Notes: generated by a model from the letters alone, not told the origin. Positions 18,277 through 26,706 are shown, counted from the first letter of the stretch. The stretch is 64,000 nt of DNA from a virus (IMGVR_UViG_3300035034_002090:109238-173237); one strand, 5' to 3'. Numbers and translations are program-made.

Positions 18277-18822
18277 ATGTCGGATACACTTGTGCTGAAC
18301 GCTGACTATGCCCCGCACTCACTGGTTACTTGGCAAGAGGCCATTGGGCTTCTTGTAAACGGAAAGGCGCGGGTCGAGAGAGAGTATGAGGACTGGCAGG
18401 TATCCAGTCCGTCTATAACAATAAAGGTTCCCTCAGTTCTCGTGCTCATCAAGTACGTCGTCTTCAGGCAGCCGGTGAAGTTCAACAGGGTGAATATCTA
18501 CGCCCGAGATGATCGCCAGTGCCTGTATTGTGGCAAGAAGGCTGGCAAGGGGCAGAAGCTCCGTGTGACTGATCTCACATTCGATCACGTCATTCCTCGA
18601 AGCAGGGGTGGCAAGACGAACTGGATGAACATCGTCACGGCTTGCGGAACCTGTAACCTAAAAAAGGGTAACAGGATGCCCAGAGAGGCAAATATGCCCC
18701 TTCTTAGGAAGCCGTACAAGCCGAAGAAGTTGAATCATATCGAGTTCACGCTCTCCGGTAGATCAATCCCTGAAGCATGGAGGGATTACCTGTACTGGAC
18801 ACAGGAGCTAGAACAGGACTAA
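18277..18822 (+). CDS. HNH endonuclease
   Basis: CLYCGKK...LTFDHVIPRSRGGKTNWMNIVTACGTCNLKKG: HNH core with zinc-binding Cys pairs. Confidence 0.8.
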   Translation: MSDTLVLNADYAPHSLVTWQEAIGLLVNGKARVEREYEDWQVSSPSITIKVPSVLVLIKYVVFRQPVKFNRVNIYARDDRQCLYCGKKAGKGQKLRVTDLTFDHVIPRSRGGKTNWMNIVTACGTCNLKKGNRMPREANMPLLRKPYKPKKLNHIEFTLSGRSIPEAWRDYLYWTQELEQD

Positions 18823-18885
18823 GATGGGGCCGGTCGGCCTGTGCTGACCGGCTTTATCTATCCTTGTTAGAAGTAGAGGTATCCT

Positions 18886-19095
18886 GTGACGACCAGAGAA
18901 GAGCTTATTGAGAAGACAACAGGGTTGCGCGAGGCAATTCAAGAGGTCATGCTGGACCTCAAGAAGCTTGGCGAGTCCGGTGAGATGTCTGAGCAGATGA
19001 AAGACATTCTTCTTAAACAGGCTATGGAAGCGGGTCTCGGTATGCTTTGTGTCGAAGGTGTCCTAAAAGAGGTTGATAATGCGGACAAGGAGTGA
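18886..19095 (+). CDS. hypothetical small protein
   Basis: 69-aa ORF. Confidence 0.3.
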   Translation: MTTREELIEKTTGLREAIQEVMLDLKKLGESGEMSEQMKDILLKQAMEAGLGMLCVEGVLKEVDNADKE

Positions 19096-19321
19096 CAGGG
19101 ATTCGACATTTGAGCCAGTAGAGGCACCTGAAGGGTCTATCGTATGGAATGACACCTACGTCAACGAAAACGGCGTAGAGCTTAAGAAGGGTATCTTCCT
19201 TGGTAAGTATGTCATATACCAAGTGGCCCCGGGGCTCTTCGATAGCAGTGAGCATATAAAGGAACCGCTTGATACGGTGTCGGGTGCGGATTTCTATCGG
19301 GATATTGATTGGGAGTTTTAG
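19073..19321 (+). CDS. hypothetical small protein
   Basis: 82-aa ORF overlapping previous stop. Confidence 0.3.
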   Translation: MIMRTRSDRDSTFEPVEAPEGSIVWNDTYVNENGVELKKGIFLGKYVIYQVAPGLFDSSEHIKEPLDTVSGADFYRDIDWEF

Positions 19322-19328
19322 GTTCAAA

Positions 19329-19401
19329 GGGGACGTAGCTCAATTGGGAGAGCACTTCGCTGGCAGCGAAGAGGTTGAGGGTTCGAACCCCTCCGGCTCC
19401 A
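19329..19401 (+). tRNA. tRNA-Ala(GGC)
   Basis: G3:U70 Ala identity pair; anticodon arm CTTCG-CTGGCAG-CGAAG; T-arm GAGGGTTCGAACCCCTC. Confidence 0.65.
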
Positions 19402-19576
19402 TGTGACGAATTGGTGTGAAGAGAGGCCCCGGGAAGCGTCAAGCGTGGAGGGTCTTGTAGACGCGCACAAATGGTCGGGCCACTGACCTAAAAGGAAGGG
19501 CTGAGGTAAGGGCGATGTTGCTACCAGCAACCTGAACCAAGAAATGAGACAGGTAGCCGCTCCTTTGGGAGCGTAA

Positions 19577-19649
19577 GGGGCCGTAGCTCAATTGGGAGAG
19601 CGCCGTCTTTGCAAGGCGATGGTTGAGGGTTCGAGTCCCTCCGGCTCCA
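19577..19649 (+). tRNA. tRNA-Ala(TGC)
   Basis: G3:U70; anticodon loop TTTGCAA; 72/73 identical to the copy at 62987-63059. Confidence 0.65.
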
Positions 19650-19651
19650 CT

Positions 19652-19740
19652 GGAAGGGTGGCTGAGCGGTCTAAGGCACTCGCTTGGAAAGCGGGCGATC
19701 ATGAGACATGGGTCCGAGGGTTCGAATCCCTCCCCTTCCG
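19652..19740 (+). tRNA. tRNA-Ser(GGA), type II
   Basis: acceptor GGAAGGG/CCCTTCC, anticodon arm CTCGC-TTGGAAA-GCGGG, long variable arm, T-arm GAGGGTTCGAATCCCTC. Confidence 0.6.
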
Positions 19741-19861
19741 TTTTAGGTTCTTTCAATTGGCGTGTGACCTCTGCCTTGGGCTAAGTTGTTTTATCCAAGA
19801 CTGAGCAAGATACTGGCTTTGGCGAATATTAAATCGCGCCAGTCAAGACAGAGGCACACGC

Positions 19862-20656
19862 ATGGGTACTTTGATCGAACATATCGACACCCTTCTTGAA
19901 GCAGCTCCAATGCTCAAATTTAAGGGGCTTCCGAAGGTAACCACAAGGCCAGATCAGGAGGTTGTTTAGCCATCCACTGATCGGCAGATTGAAATTCAGA
20001 AAAAGAGAATTAAGAACCGTCTAAAGAGGCTGGGCTGGGGCTCGATGGAGATCGATGGCATCGTTGGTGCCGCAGATCAAGCCATGACTTCTTTTGATAA
20101 GATGTCCGGCCTAACTGTTGGCGGAGGAAATCAGGGGCCTGTCTCTATAATAGGGCTTCGGTCGAACAGCATCGGCGTTAAGAACCACGAGGCCATACAC
20201 GTTCTCTTCAAGCAGATCAGTCAAAAGTATGGGGCTCACGCAGAAAGTTCGGTTGTAAGTGAGCTGGTCAAGGAAGTCAGTTCCGAGGTGAAAGACAAGC
20301 TCAAAGCCATATTTATTAAGTATGGATCCGGCGTATATAACTCGTCTGATGAGGATGAGATTCTAGCTTGGATGTACACCTTCATGACGTCTCGTCACGC
20401 AAGAGAGAAGGTAGGCATGAGTCGGGAGATGATGAGTGCCATCAAGCGTGATTGGAAGAGAGTTGTTCGGCGGGCCGCAAAGTTCACACCCGAGAAGCTA
20501 CAGGGAGACTCTCTCAGTAGGACCAAGCGCGTATTTATGAAGTACGACTCCGATCATCTCAAGATGATTCTGGACGAAGATCTGTTCCCCGAGGATCTAT
20601 TCCCGAGACGCAACGATATTCTAAGGGACATCCTGAGGGAGAGGGGCGACCTTTGA
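19862..20656 (+). pseudogene. leader-motif family member interrupted by in-frame TAG at 19967-19969 (264 codons total)
   Basis: MGTLIEHIDTLLEA leader at the N-terminus; 35 codons, TAG, then the 20045-20656 ORF continues in the same frame. Confidence 0.45.
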
Positions 20657-20774
20657 GGGCGCTCTAAAATACCGGCATTGACGTTTTTGTTTTTGCTTGA
20701 CGTCGAAGATAGTAGGTCTCTAAGGTTCGCTGCTCAGTTAGCAGCACCGTAACGCAACCTTAGCGAGAACGTTT

Positions 20775-21836
20775 ATGACTGCTACCGATGTTGAAGTTGA
20801 AGTGCATGATCGATACCGGGTATTTGACGAGTTCTTCTCCGGCCGTAACGAAGATCAAAAGGTTTGCATCGTTCTGCAACACACCCCCGATCCAGATGCC
20901 ATTGGCAGCGCGCTTGCGCTCGAATGGCTCCTTGAGGTCAGGCACGGCCTTCAGTCGGACATCTGCTATTCCGGGCAGGTAAGCCATCCTCAAAACCAGA
21001 CTGAGATCAATGTGCTGGACATTCGTCTAAAGCATATCGATGATTTCAAGACTGAGTTTGATGAAGGTGGTTATTCGACGTTTGTTACAGTAGACAGCGT
21101 CCCTCAAAACACGGGATTCGACTGTATCGATGAGTGGCACGCTGTGTTCGATCATCACCAGTTCGAGATGGATCTACCCGTGACGGACATCAGGGCCACA
21201 GGCTCGTGCTCGTCTATCCTCTGGGACTACCTCAATCACTTCGAGATGGACTTCACGACGGAACGCGGGTCTATGGTCGCCACAGCTCTGTTGTTTGGCG
21301 TGGTCAATGACACGCATAACCTGCTGACTGAAAATGTTTGCGTGCTGGACCTCGAAGCCCACTCGCATCTGATTCAGTACATCGATCGGAAGAAGTTCCA
21401 CAACATCATCAATCACCCCCTGCCGCCGTATCTGTTTGATCTAAGGGCGTTGGCGGCGGCGAATATGGTGTGCGAGGCTTCGATCCTGATCTCGTATCTG
21501 GGCATTCTTCCTAGTAAGCGTAGAGACGCGCTTCCGATCATCGCAGATGAGTTCTTGCGCATGGAAGGTGTCGAGACAGTCGTGGTCTTCTGCATGATCG
21601 AGGGAGCTATCGAGGCTTCGGTGAGAAGCCGGAACTCATCGGTTAATGTGCACCAGTTTTGCCAAAAGGTTTTCGGCCCTAAGAAGGCTGGAGGCAAGCA
21701 AGGTGCTGGCGGAGCTAAGGTTCCGGTCGGGTTTCTCTATGCGTCTGACGATGACGTAGCCGACCAAGAAAAGCTCAGTGAGTTCATCAAGGGTACGGTG
21801 ACGAAGCGGATTATCCGTCATCTGTCCGGAGCTTGA
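20775..21836 (+). CDS. DHH-family phosphoesterase (NrnA/RecJ-like, DHH-DHHA1)
   Basis: motifs LQHTPDPDAIGSALAL (DxD), VFDHHQ (DHH), C-terminal GPKKAGGKQGAGGA (GGGH-like DHHA1). Confidence 0.65.
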   Translation: MTATDVEVEVHDRYRVFDEFFSGRNEDQKVCIVLQHTPDPDAIGSALALEWLLEVRHGLQSDICYSGQVSHPQNQTEINVLDIRLKHIDDFKTEFDEGGYSTFVTVDSVPQNTGFDCIDEWHAVFDHHQFEMDLPVTDIRATGSCSSILWDYLNHFEMDFTTERGSMVATALLFGVVNDTHNLLTENVCVLDLEAHSHLIQYIDRKKFHNIINHPLPPYLFDLRALAAANMVCEASILISYLGILPSKRRDALPIIADEFLRMEGVETVVVFCMIEGAIEASVRSRNSSVNVHQFCQKVFGPKKAGGKQGAGGAKVPVGFLYASDDDVADQEKLSEFIKGTVTKRIIRHLSGA

Positions 21837-21951
21837 TGTGGAGTTACTTATTTACAGTCTGGCGGCCCTGAGTATAATGAGCATCATACTTGAGGGCCGC
21901 CACTGTTATCACTCTCTGGGACTGAGAGAGTAATCTGTTGTACAAAAGGAA

Positions 21952-22137
21952 GTGAGGACTATGACGAACAAAGGTGATGAAATTATCGACCTCATCGACG
22001 GTCTAGATAATGTCGAGCCAGAAGATCTCGAAGATGTTGAGGATCTCAGAGAGGCTCTACAGGAAAGGATTGATGTCTTGTCGGAGATCTTTGAGATCGC
22101 CGAGGACATCTCGATGGCGGTAGACGACTTAACTTAG
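21952..22137 (+). CDS. small highly acidic protein
   Basis: 61 aa, D/E-rich. Confidence 0.3.
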   Translation: MRTMTNKGDEIIDLIDGLDNVEPEDLEDVEDLREALQERIDVLSEIFEIAEDISMAVDDLT

Positions 22138-22267
22138 CAGGATAGGGAGCCGATATTTCCGAGTACAGGAAAATAGGAAAGCATCACGGGTATGTGATGG
22201 TAGAGCCCCCGAAGGATTACCGGGGGCTCGATGGTCTGGTGGAAGATACTGCTACGAACATCAAGCA

Positions 22268-22591
22268 GTGTGGTGGATTAATACTGGCGAGATACCCGGC
22301 AGCGGGCAGATAGTGCATCACATTAATGAGGATAAGACTGATAATCGATTTGAGAACTTAGAGGTTTTAGACAGATCAGAGCACGCCAAACACCATGGTG
22401 ATCAGAAAAAGAAAATGATGGTCATTCTTAGGTGTCCAGCATGTAGTGAGATCTTTGAAAGGGCCAGAAACAAAACGCATTTGGTAAAAGGCGGTATGGC
22501 TAGCTATTGCTCAAGATCATGTGCAGCATCTGGCGGAAAGAAGGGGCGTGTGGTCTATGAGGATAATGTGGTAGAGGTTTACCTTAAGTAG
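22268..22591 (+). CDS. HNH endonuclease (GTG start; paralog of 30841-31302)
   Basis: HHINEDKTDNRFENLEVLDRSEHAKHH plus C-terminal zinc ribbon CPACSE...CSRSC; upstream in-frame homology without a start codon suggests N-terminal truncation. Confidence 0.65.
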   Translation: MWWINTGEIPGSGQIVHHINEDKTDNRFENLEVLDRSEHAKHHGDQKKKMMVILRCPACSEIFERARNKTHLVKGGMASYCSRSCAASGGKKGRVVYEDNVVEVYLK

Positions 22592-22670
22592 GTTTAGGGC
22601 GGTGGTGTTAATTGGATTAACATCAGAGATTCCAAATCTCTGGCTGAGGGTTCGAGTCCCTCCCGCCTTG
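22586..22670 (+). tRNA. tRNA-Trp(CCA)
   Basis: anticodon arm AGAGA-TTCCAAA-TCTCT; T-arm GAGGGTTCGAGTCCCTC. Confidence 0.55.
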
Positions 22671-22673
22671 CTT

Positions 22674-22761
22674 GGAAGGGCAGACATGGCTGGCGTGTCA
22701 GCCTGTTTCGAAAACAGGTAGCCGTTTATTCGGTCTGAGGGTTCGATCCCCTCTCCTTCCG
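22674..22761 (+). tRNA. tRNA-Ser(CGA), type II
   Basis: acceptor GGAAGGG/TCCTTCC, anticodon arm CCTGT-TTCGAAA-ACAGG, long variable arm. Confidence 0.6.
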
Positions 22762-22763
22762 TT

Positions 22764-23372
22764 TTGAACACAATGATAACTGGAACATACGCCACCGACC
22801 ACCATAGGAAGGCTTTAATGGACGATAGAACCGTGAAAGAATCGCCGGAAGACCTTATGAGAGCCCGTGAGGCGCTTATGTCTCTGGATGACATGGAGGG
22901 ACAGATCATTAAGAATGCTCGTGACTTCGTGACAAGCAACGGTGAGCTTAACTACAGTTCCGGCGTCCTATCAGCTCTTTATGACAGGGGCATGTACGAG
23001 TCAGGAATTGCTGAATTCGTCGCAGATACGGCCGTCAATATTTTTAGGGGTCTTCGCGAGCACATCAATATCCCCGGTGTCCTGAAAGGTCCAGTGGGCA
23101 TGGCAACAGATGGCGCTGCTATTAGAGCTATGACGAGGCGAACAGCCGTCGTTCTAGATCATGACGACAGCTTGGACGAGATCGTTACTACGGGTTCTTG
23201 TGAGGGCCTCGTAGAGGCGGTTTGTGAGGATTTGCGTGAACGGATCGGTGCTTACGGTGCCGTTTACCCGTATCAGCTTTTTATGCCCATGGGACCCTTC
23301 AAGGATCCGAGTATCGAAGGTGACCGACCAAAGTTCGGCTTGGCAATCAGGTATGGAGCCTATACGGTATGA
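22764..23372 (+). CDS. hypothetical protein
   Basis: 202-aa ORF directly after tRNA-Ser. Confidence 0.4.
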   Translation: MNTMITGTYATDHHRKALMDDRTVKESPEDLMRAREALMSLDDMEGQIIKNARDFVTSNGELNYSSGVLSALYDRGMYESGIAEFVADTAVNIFRGLREHINIPGVLKGPVGMATDGAAIRAMTRRTAVVLDHDDSLDEIVTTGSCEGLVEAVCEDLRERIGAYGAVYPYQLFMPMGPFKDPSIEGDRPKFGLAIRYGAYTV

Positions 23373-23396
23373 GAAGCCTGCTTCAATGAGAGCACT

Positions 23397-23732
23397 ATGG
23401 ATAGCCTGACCAAAAGGAATTCAATCGGGATTACCGGAAGCATTGTCATTTTGCTTCTGTTCACTATGCTCACAAGCGGGTGTAAGAAACCTTCGGGACC
23501 GAGCGGGGTTCACGAGGAAGGTGATCTGGAAGCCTTTTGCTCGACGACTTTAGAGCGAAAGAGGCTGGAGAGATTCATCCTCGATTGCACAAAAAATGCC
23601 GGACAGAGCACTACTGAGGATGGCGATGACCTCGTCGCGCAGTGTGAGGAAACCGGTATCAGGGTGGTATGTCCTGTTGTATGCACTCTAGGCACCGAGT
23701 ACTTGAACAATAAAAGGGCTTGCCCTCCTTGA
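23397..23732 (+). CDS. putative lipoprotein, Cys-rich
   Basis: signal peptide with lipobox LTSGC; six further Cys in the mature part. Confidence 0.4.
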   Translation: MDSLTKRNSIGITGSIVILLLFTMLTSGCKKPSGPSGVHEEGDLEAFCSTTLERKRLERFILDCTKNAGQSTTEDGDDLVAQCEETGIRVVCPVVCTLGTEYLNNKRACPP

Positions 23733-23806
23733 GTAGCTAGTCTACCTTACATCCGTTCACAAAGATCCCATCGCCCGGGTAAGATGGGTAAGGCGCTAGC
23801 GCGCCG

Positions 23807-23883
23807 TCGTCGCGTCAGCAGGTAGCCCCTGTGTGGTCGGCTGAGGGAGAATATCTCTCATAGGGTTCGAGTCCCTAGCGAGG
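23807..23883 (+). other. tRNA-like element (degenerate tRNA?)
   Basis: canonical T-arm TAGGGTTCGAGTCCCTA and a near-complementary acceptor TCGTCGC/GCGAGGA, but no clean D or anticodon arm. Confidence 0.25.
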
Positions 23884-23929
23884 ATTAGTTGTATTAGTCA
23901 CTAGGTTGGTTATAGTGAAGGATGATAGT

Positions 23930-24001
23930 GCGACCATAGTTCAACTGGTAGAACGTTTCGTTGCCAACGAGAAGGTTGCGGGTTCGAGTCCCGCTGGTCG
24001 C
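23930..24001 (+). tRNA. tRNA-Gly(GCC)
   Basis: acceptor GCGACCA/TGGTCGC, anticodon arm TTTCG-TTGCCAA-CGAGA, T-arm GCGGGTTCGAGTCCCGC. Confidence 0.6.
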
Positions 24002-24002
24002 T

Positions 24003-24105
24003 TGTTCTGAGGAAGTGGTAGCCGCCCGCCCGCGCAGGTGGGCCTCGGGTTCGAATCCCAGAAATAACGGTATAAGGCACGGGGTTCAAGTCCCCGCCTC
24101 AGAAC
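24003..24105 (+). other. aberrant ~103-nt tRNA-like gene with two T-arm motifs closed by a 9-bp stem
   Basis: GTTCTGAGG ... CCTCAGAAC closing stem; internal CGGGTTCGAATCCCA and CGGGGTTCAAGTCCCCG. Confidence 0.4.
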
Positions 24106-24109
24106 TCTT

Positions 24110-24181
24110 GCGGTTATAGTTCAGTTGGTAGAACGACAGCCTTCCAAGCTGTATGTCGCCGTTTCGAATCCGGCTAGCCGC
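24110..24181 (+). tRNA. tRNA-Gly(TCC)
   Basis: acceptor GCGGTTA/TAGCCGC, anticodon arm ACAGC-CTTCCAA-GCTGT, T-loop GTTTCGAATCC. Confidence 0.6.
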
Positions 24182-24288
24182 TCTTGATAGATGTAGACGC
24201 AATGTTTGAGAAAACCAAATGGCCCCGAGTTGCCCTGCACAGCATCGATGATGCGCTCATATGTAGCTAATGAGTCATCAGGACGTGC

Positions 24289-24363
24289 GGGGTGTTAACT
24301 CATGGGTTAGAGTGCTTGCCTTATAAGCGAGTGAATCGGGTTCGAGTCCCGAACGCCCTACCA
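24289..24363 (+). tRNA. tRNA-Ile(TAT) with genomically encoded CCA
   Basis: acceptor GGGGTGT/ACGCCCT, anticodon arm CTTGC-CTTATAA-GCGAG, T-arm TCGGGTTCGAGTCCCGA, then ACCA. Confidence 0.5.
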
Positions 24364-24364
24364 A

Positions 24365-24437
24365 GGGAGGATAATTCAATTGGCAGAATCGTCGGTTCAT
24401 AACCGATCAGTTCCGGGTTCGAGTCCCGGTCCTCCCA
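24365..24437 (+). tRNA. tRNA-Met(CAT) (initiator, elongator or Ile2 not distinguishable)
   Basis: acceptor GGGAGGA/TCCTCCC, anticodon arm GTCGG-TTCATAA-CCGAT, T-arm CCGGGTTCGAGTCCCGG. Confidence 0.6.
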
Positions 24438-24447
24438 CTGGACATTT

Positions 24448-24729
24448 ATGGATGAAAAGCCTGAATATGTCACCTGCATAGGCAGCCCTTATGCTGATGA
24501 TTCCGAGACCTATAGAAACATCTACGAGGGAGAGACCCACCGTAGGTTTTTCAGGTCTATTTGCGGAAGAAGGCTGGGTGCGGGGTTTGTGTTTGAGAGT
24601 ATTGACCACGCATTTACCAACGCCGAGAATGACGGACGCCTTCTGATATGTCCGAGCTGCGTCAAGAGCGTTGTCGAGACAATGCAGAAAGGATCTTGGT
24701 CCTGTACTCAAAGGAACTCCGATGGATGA
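24448..24729 (+). CDS. small zinc-finger-like protein
   Basis: 93 aa with CxxC-type pairs (CIGS...CGRR...CPSC). Confidence 0.35.
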   Translation: MDEKPEYVTCIGSPYADDSETYRNIYEGETHRRFFRSICGRRLGAGFVFESIDHAFTNAENDGRLLICPSCVKSVVETMQKGSWSCTQRNSDG

Positions 24730-25133
24730 AAATAAAGTCAAAGCCAAGTACAAGAGGTACAGAAGCCTCGACGCTAAACTGAGTGATGTGCCGGACTCGG
24801 TTCTGCTCAAGATCTATCAGACGTGCCCTCCGATGATGTCTTACATCGCAGCATCCAAAGGTATGCTCGATGAGTTTTTCGAAGAACACGATCTTCGTCC
24901 GGGTGACGAGGATTCGCTTTAAGGGAGGCTGATGTGAAACCGTACGGGGGAGAAAGAAACGTGGCCTTCTGGCTTGATGAGCCGCAGCAGGACTACTACA
25001 AGCGAGCTTGGAGAGGCGCTGAGAGATCCCGGGTTAGAGATCGACTTGTCGAGCTTGAGAAGCTGGCGAATTCCGGGAAACCAGAGCACTTCGCAGAACG
25101 TAGCGCTCATAGACTCACTAACTAAGGAAGGCG

Positions 25134-25433
25134 ATGAGCAACGAAAGTCAGCCCCCAAAGCACCCCGTTCAACCTGTTGTGATGACTGATAAGGGCACAG
25201 CTAGGTTCCGGGAGAACAAGATCGTGCGCTTCCTGCTCGATGCCGGTCGCTTCGACATGAACGATCTGTCGCTAATGCCATTTTCCAAGGATGACCGCCA
25301 GCAGTTCGCTCAGCTTATCGGGTATTCTGTGTGTGGATATTGCGAGCTGTCCTACTTAGATCCAGATATTGCAGATGAGGCTTGGGAAGAGATGGAGAGG
25401 CTCGGCGAAGAATCACGTCAATCAGGTGACTGA
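25134..25433 (+). CDS. hypothetical protein
   Basis: 99-aa ORF with AAGGAAGG RBS. Confidence 0.35.
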   Translation: MSNESQPPKHPVQPVVMTDKGTARFRENKIVRFLLDAGRFDMNDLSLMPFSKDDRQQFAQLIGYSVCGYCELSYLDPDIADEAWEEMERLGEESRQSGD

Positions 25434-25441
25434 GGTAACGC

Positions 25442-25795
25442 ATGGATTGTGCTAAGTGCGGGAAAAAGGATGTCAAAACTAGCTATGTCGAGCCAGTCAA
25501 GTCGCAGATGATCCGCAGGCAGTATTGCTGGGATTGCAACTACTGGCGGGATCAGATCGACGAAATGAAGGTTAACTTCGTTCGCGTGCTTATTATCAAG
25601 GGCAAGATTTATGGCGTAGGCCCGGAGGACTCAAAAAGCATGTTTCGAGGATTCGGCGGTCGGGAGTTCATGTTCAGGCGATTTGGCTCCGATGAAGTAG
25701 AGACGACAACCAATCTCTGGGCAGGTCAGGTTATCCCGGATGAATTCAGAGATGAACTGCCGGATAATGCTGAGTTTGTCAAAGATATGAGCTAG
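25442..25795 (+). CDS. hypothetical protein with N-terminal CxxC zinc ribbon
   Basis: CAKCGKK...CWDCNYW. Confidence 0.35.
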   Translation: MDCAKCGKKDVKTSYVEPVKSQMIRRQYCWDCNYWRDQIDEMKVNFVRVLIIKGKIYGVGPEDSKSMFRGFGGREFMFRRFGSDEVETTTNLWAGQVIPDEFRDELPDNAEFVKDMS

Positions 25796-25832
25796 CCTCA
25801 GGCTGTAACTTGCTCTCAGACGGGATACCGGC

Positions 25833-26516
25833 ATGAACCTCATCAATCGAATCGACAGCTTGCTCTCCGAGGGGAAGGGCTATATCGACCGCAACGAGTC
25901 CTATTACTATATCGAGGACGCCCGACGACTAATCGACCTCGAAGAGGTGATGCGCATGTGGATCGATGAGGGCCGCAAGGCCATGGATGACACCAAGTCA
26001 GGCCAGTCCTATCATGGACTCTACGATATGCGTGACATTTGGCCCTATCGTGAGTACGAGTGGACTCGTGATCTTTCCAGAGGTGGTTACGTCGATGGCG
26101 AGTCTTATAGTGGCAAAGAGAAGTGGGACAAGCTGGTTGACGTGATGAGTACCCGGGGCTGGTCTGAAGAGTATCCTGTGATCCTAAATATCGGACAGAA
26201 CGGTCAGGCTAAGATAGGAGAAGGTAATCACAGGCTTGCAACAGCTCGCGAAGCCGGTGTCAGGAAAGTTCCAGTCGTATTCGCTTTTGAGCGCAGGGTG
26301 AACGGCCATCCGTACCAGAGTCCACGAGGCCCGCTCAAGAATGTCAGGGCAATGAGGGATGCTTACAAAAAGGCCGAGAAAGAAAGTCAGAGAAAGAAGA
26401 AGGAGCTAGATCGGAAGAAGGCGGCAGCAGATGAGAGAATTAAGAACTTGGACCCGGATGAACGAGAAAAGCTAGATAAGCGAGTAGACGACATTATGGG
26501 TATACTCGGTAGGTAG
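25833..26516 (+). CDS. leader-motif family protein with ParB-like nuclease domain
   Basis: N-terminal MNLINRIDSLLSEG; core ILNIGQNGQAKIGEGNHRLATAREAGVRKVPVV matches the ParB/Srx GxxR...AA..G...VPV signature; basic KR-rich tail. Confidence 0.55.
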   Translation: MNLINRIDSLLSEGKGYIDRNESYYYIEDARRLIDLEEVMRMWIDEGRKAMDDTKSGQSYHGLYDMRDIWPYREYEWTRDLSRGGYVDGESYSGKEKWDKLVDVMSTRGWSEEYPVILNIGQNGQAKIGEGNHRLATAREAGVRKVPVVFAFERRVNGHPYQSPRGPLKNVRAMRDAYKKAEKESQRKKKELDRKKAAADERIKNLDPDEREKLDKRVDDIMGILGR

Positions 26517-26521
26517 TGTGC

Positions 26522-26593
26522 GGCAAGGTGGCCCGAATGGTTAGGCGCTGGATTGCAAATCCAGAACATATGGGTTCGAATCCCATTCTTGCC
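26522..26593 (+). tRNA. tRNA-Cys(GCA)
   Basis: anticodon arm CTGGA-TTGCAAA-TCCAG; T-arm TGGGTTCGAATCCCA. Confidence 0.55.
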
Positions 26594-26706
26594 TTTGAGA
26601 TGAAGACGAAAGCCGGGGTGAAAGTTTTGGTTTTTTTGTTGTTTAAATATGAATCGTGTTTCATTGGATGTAGTATGGGCTCTGTTTCGATTTCGATGAG
26701 GGAGAT

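Noticed and set aside
19967-19969. Genome-wide TAG (amber) reassignment as explanation for the in-frame TAG
   Set aside because: TAG is used as an ordinary terminator by other well-supported genes in the window (e.g. the DnaQ-like gene ends TAG 9047-9049, followed 9 nt later by the next gene start). Only a local explanation (pseudogene, error, or site-specific readthrough) is tenable.
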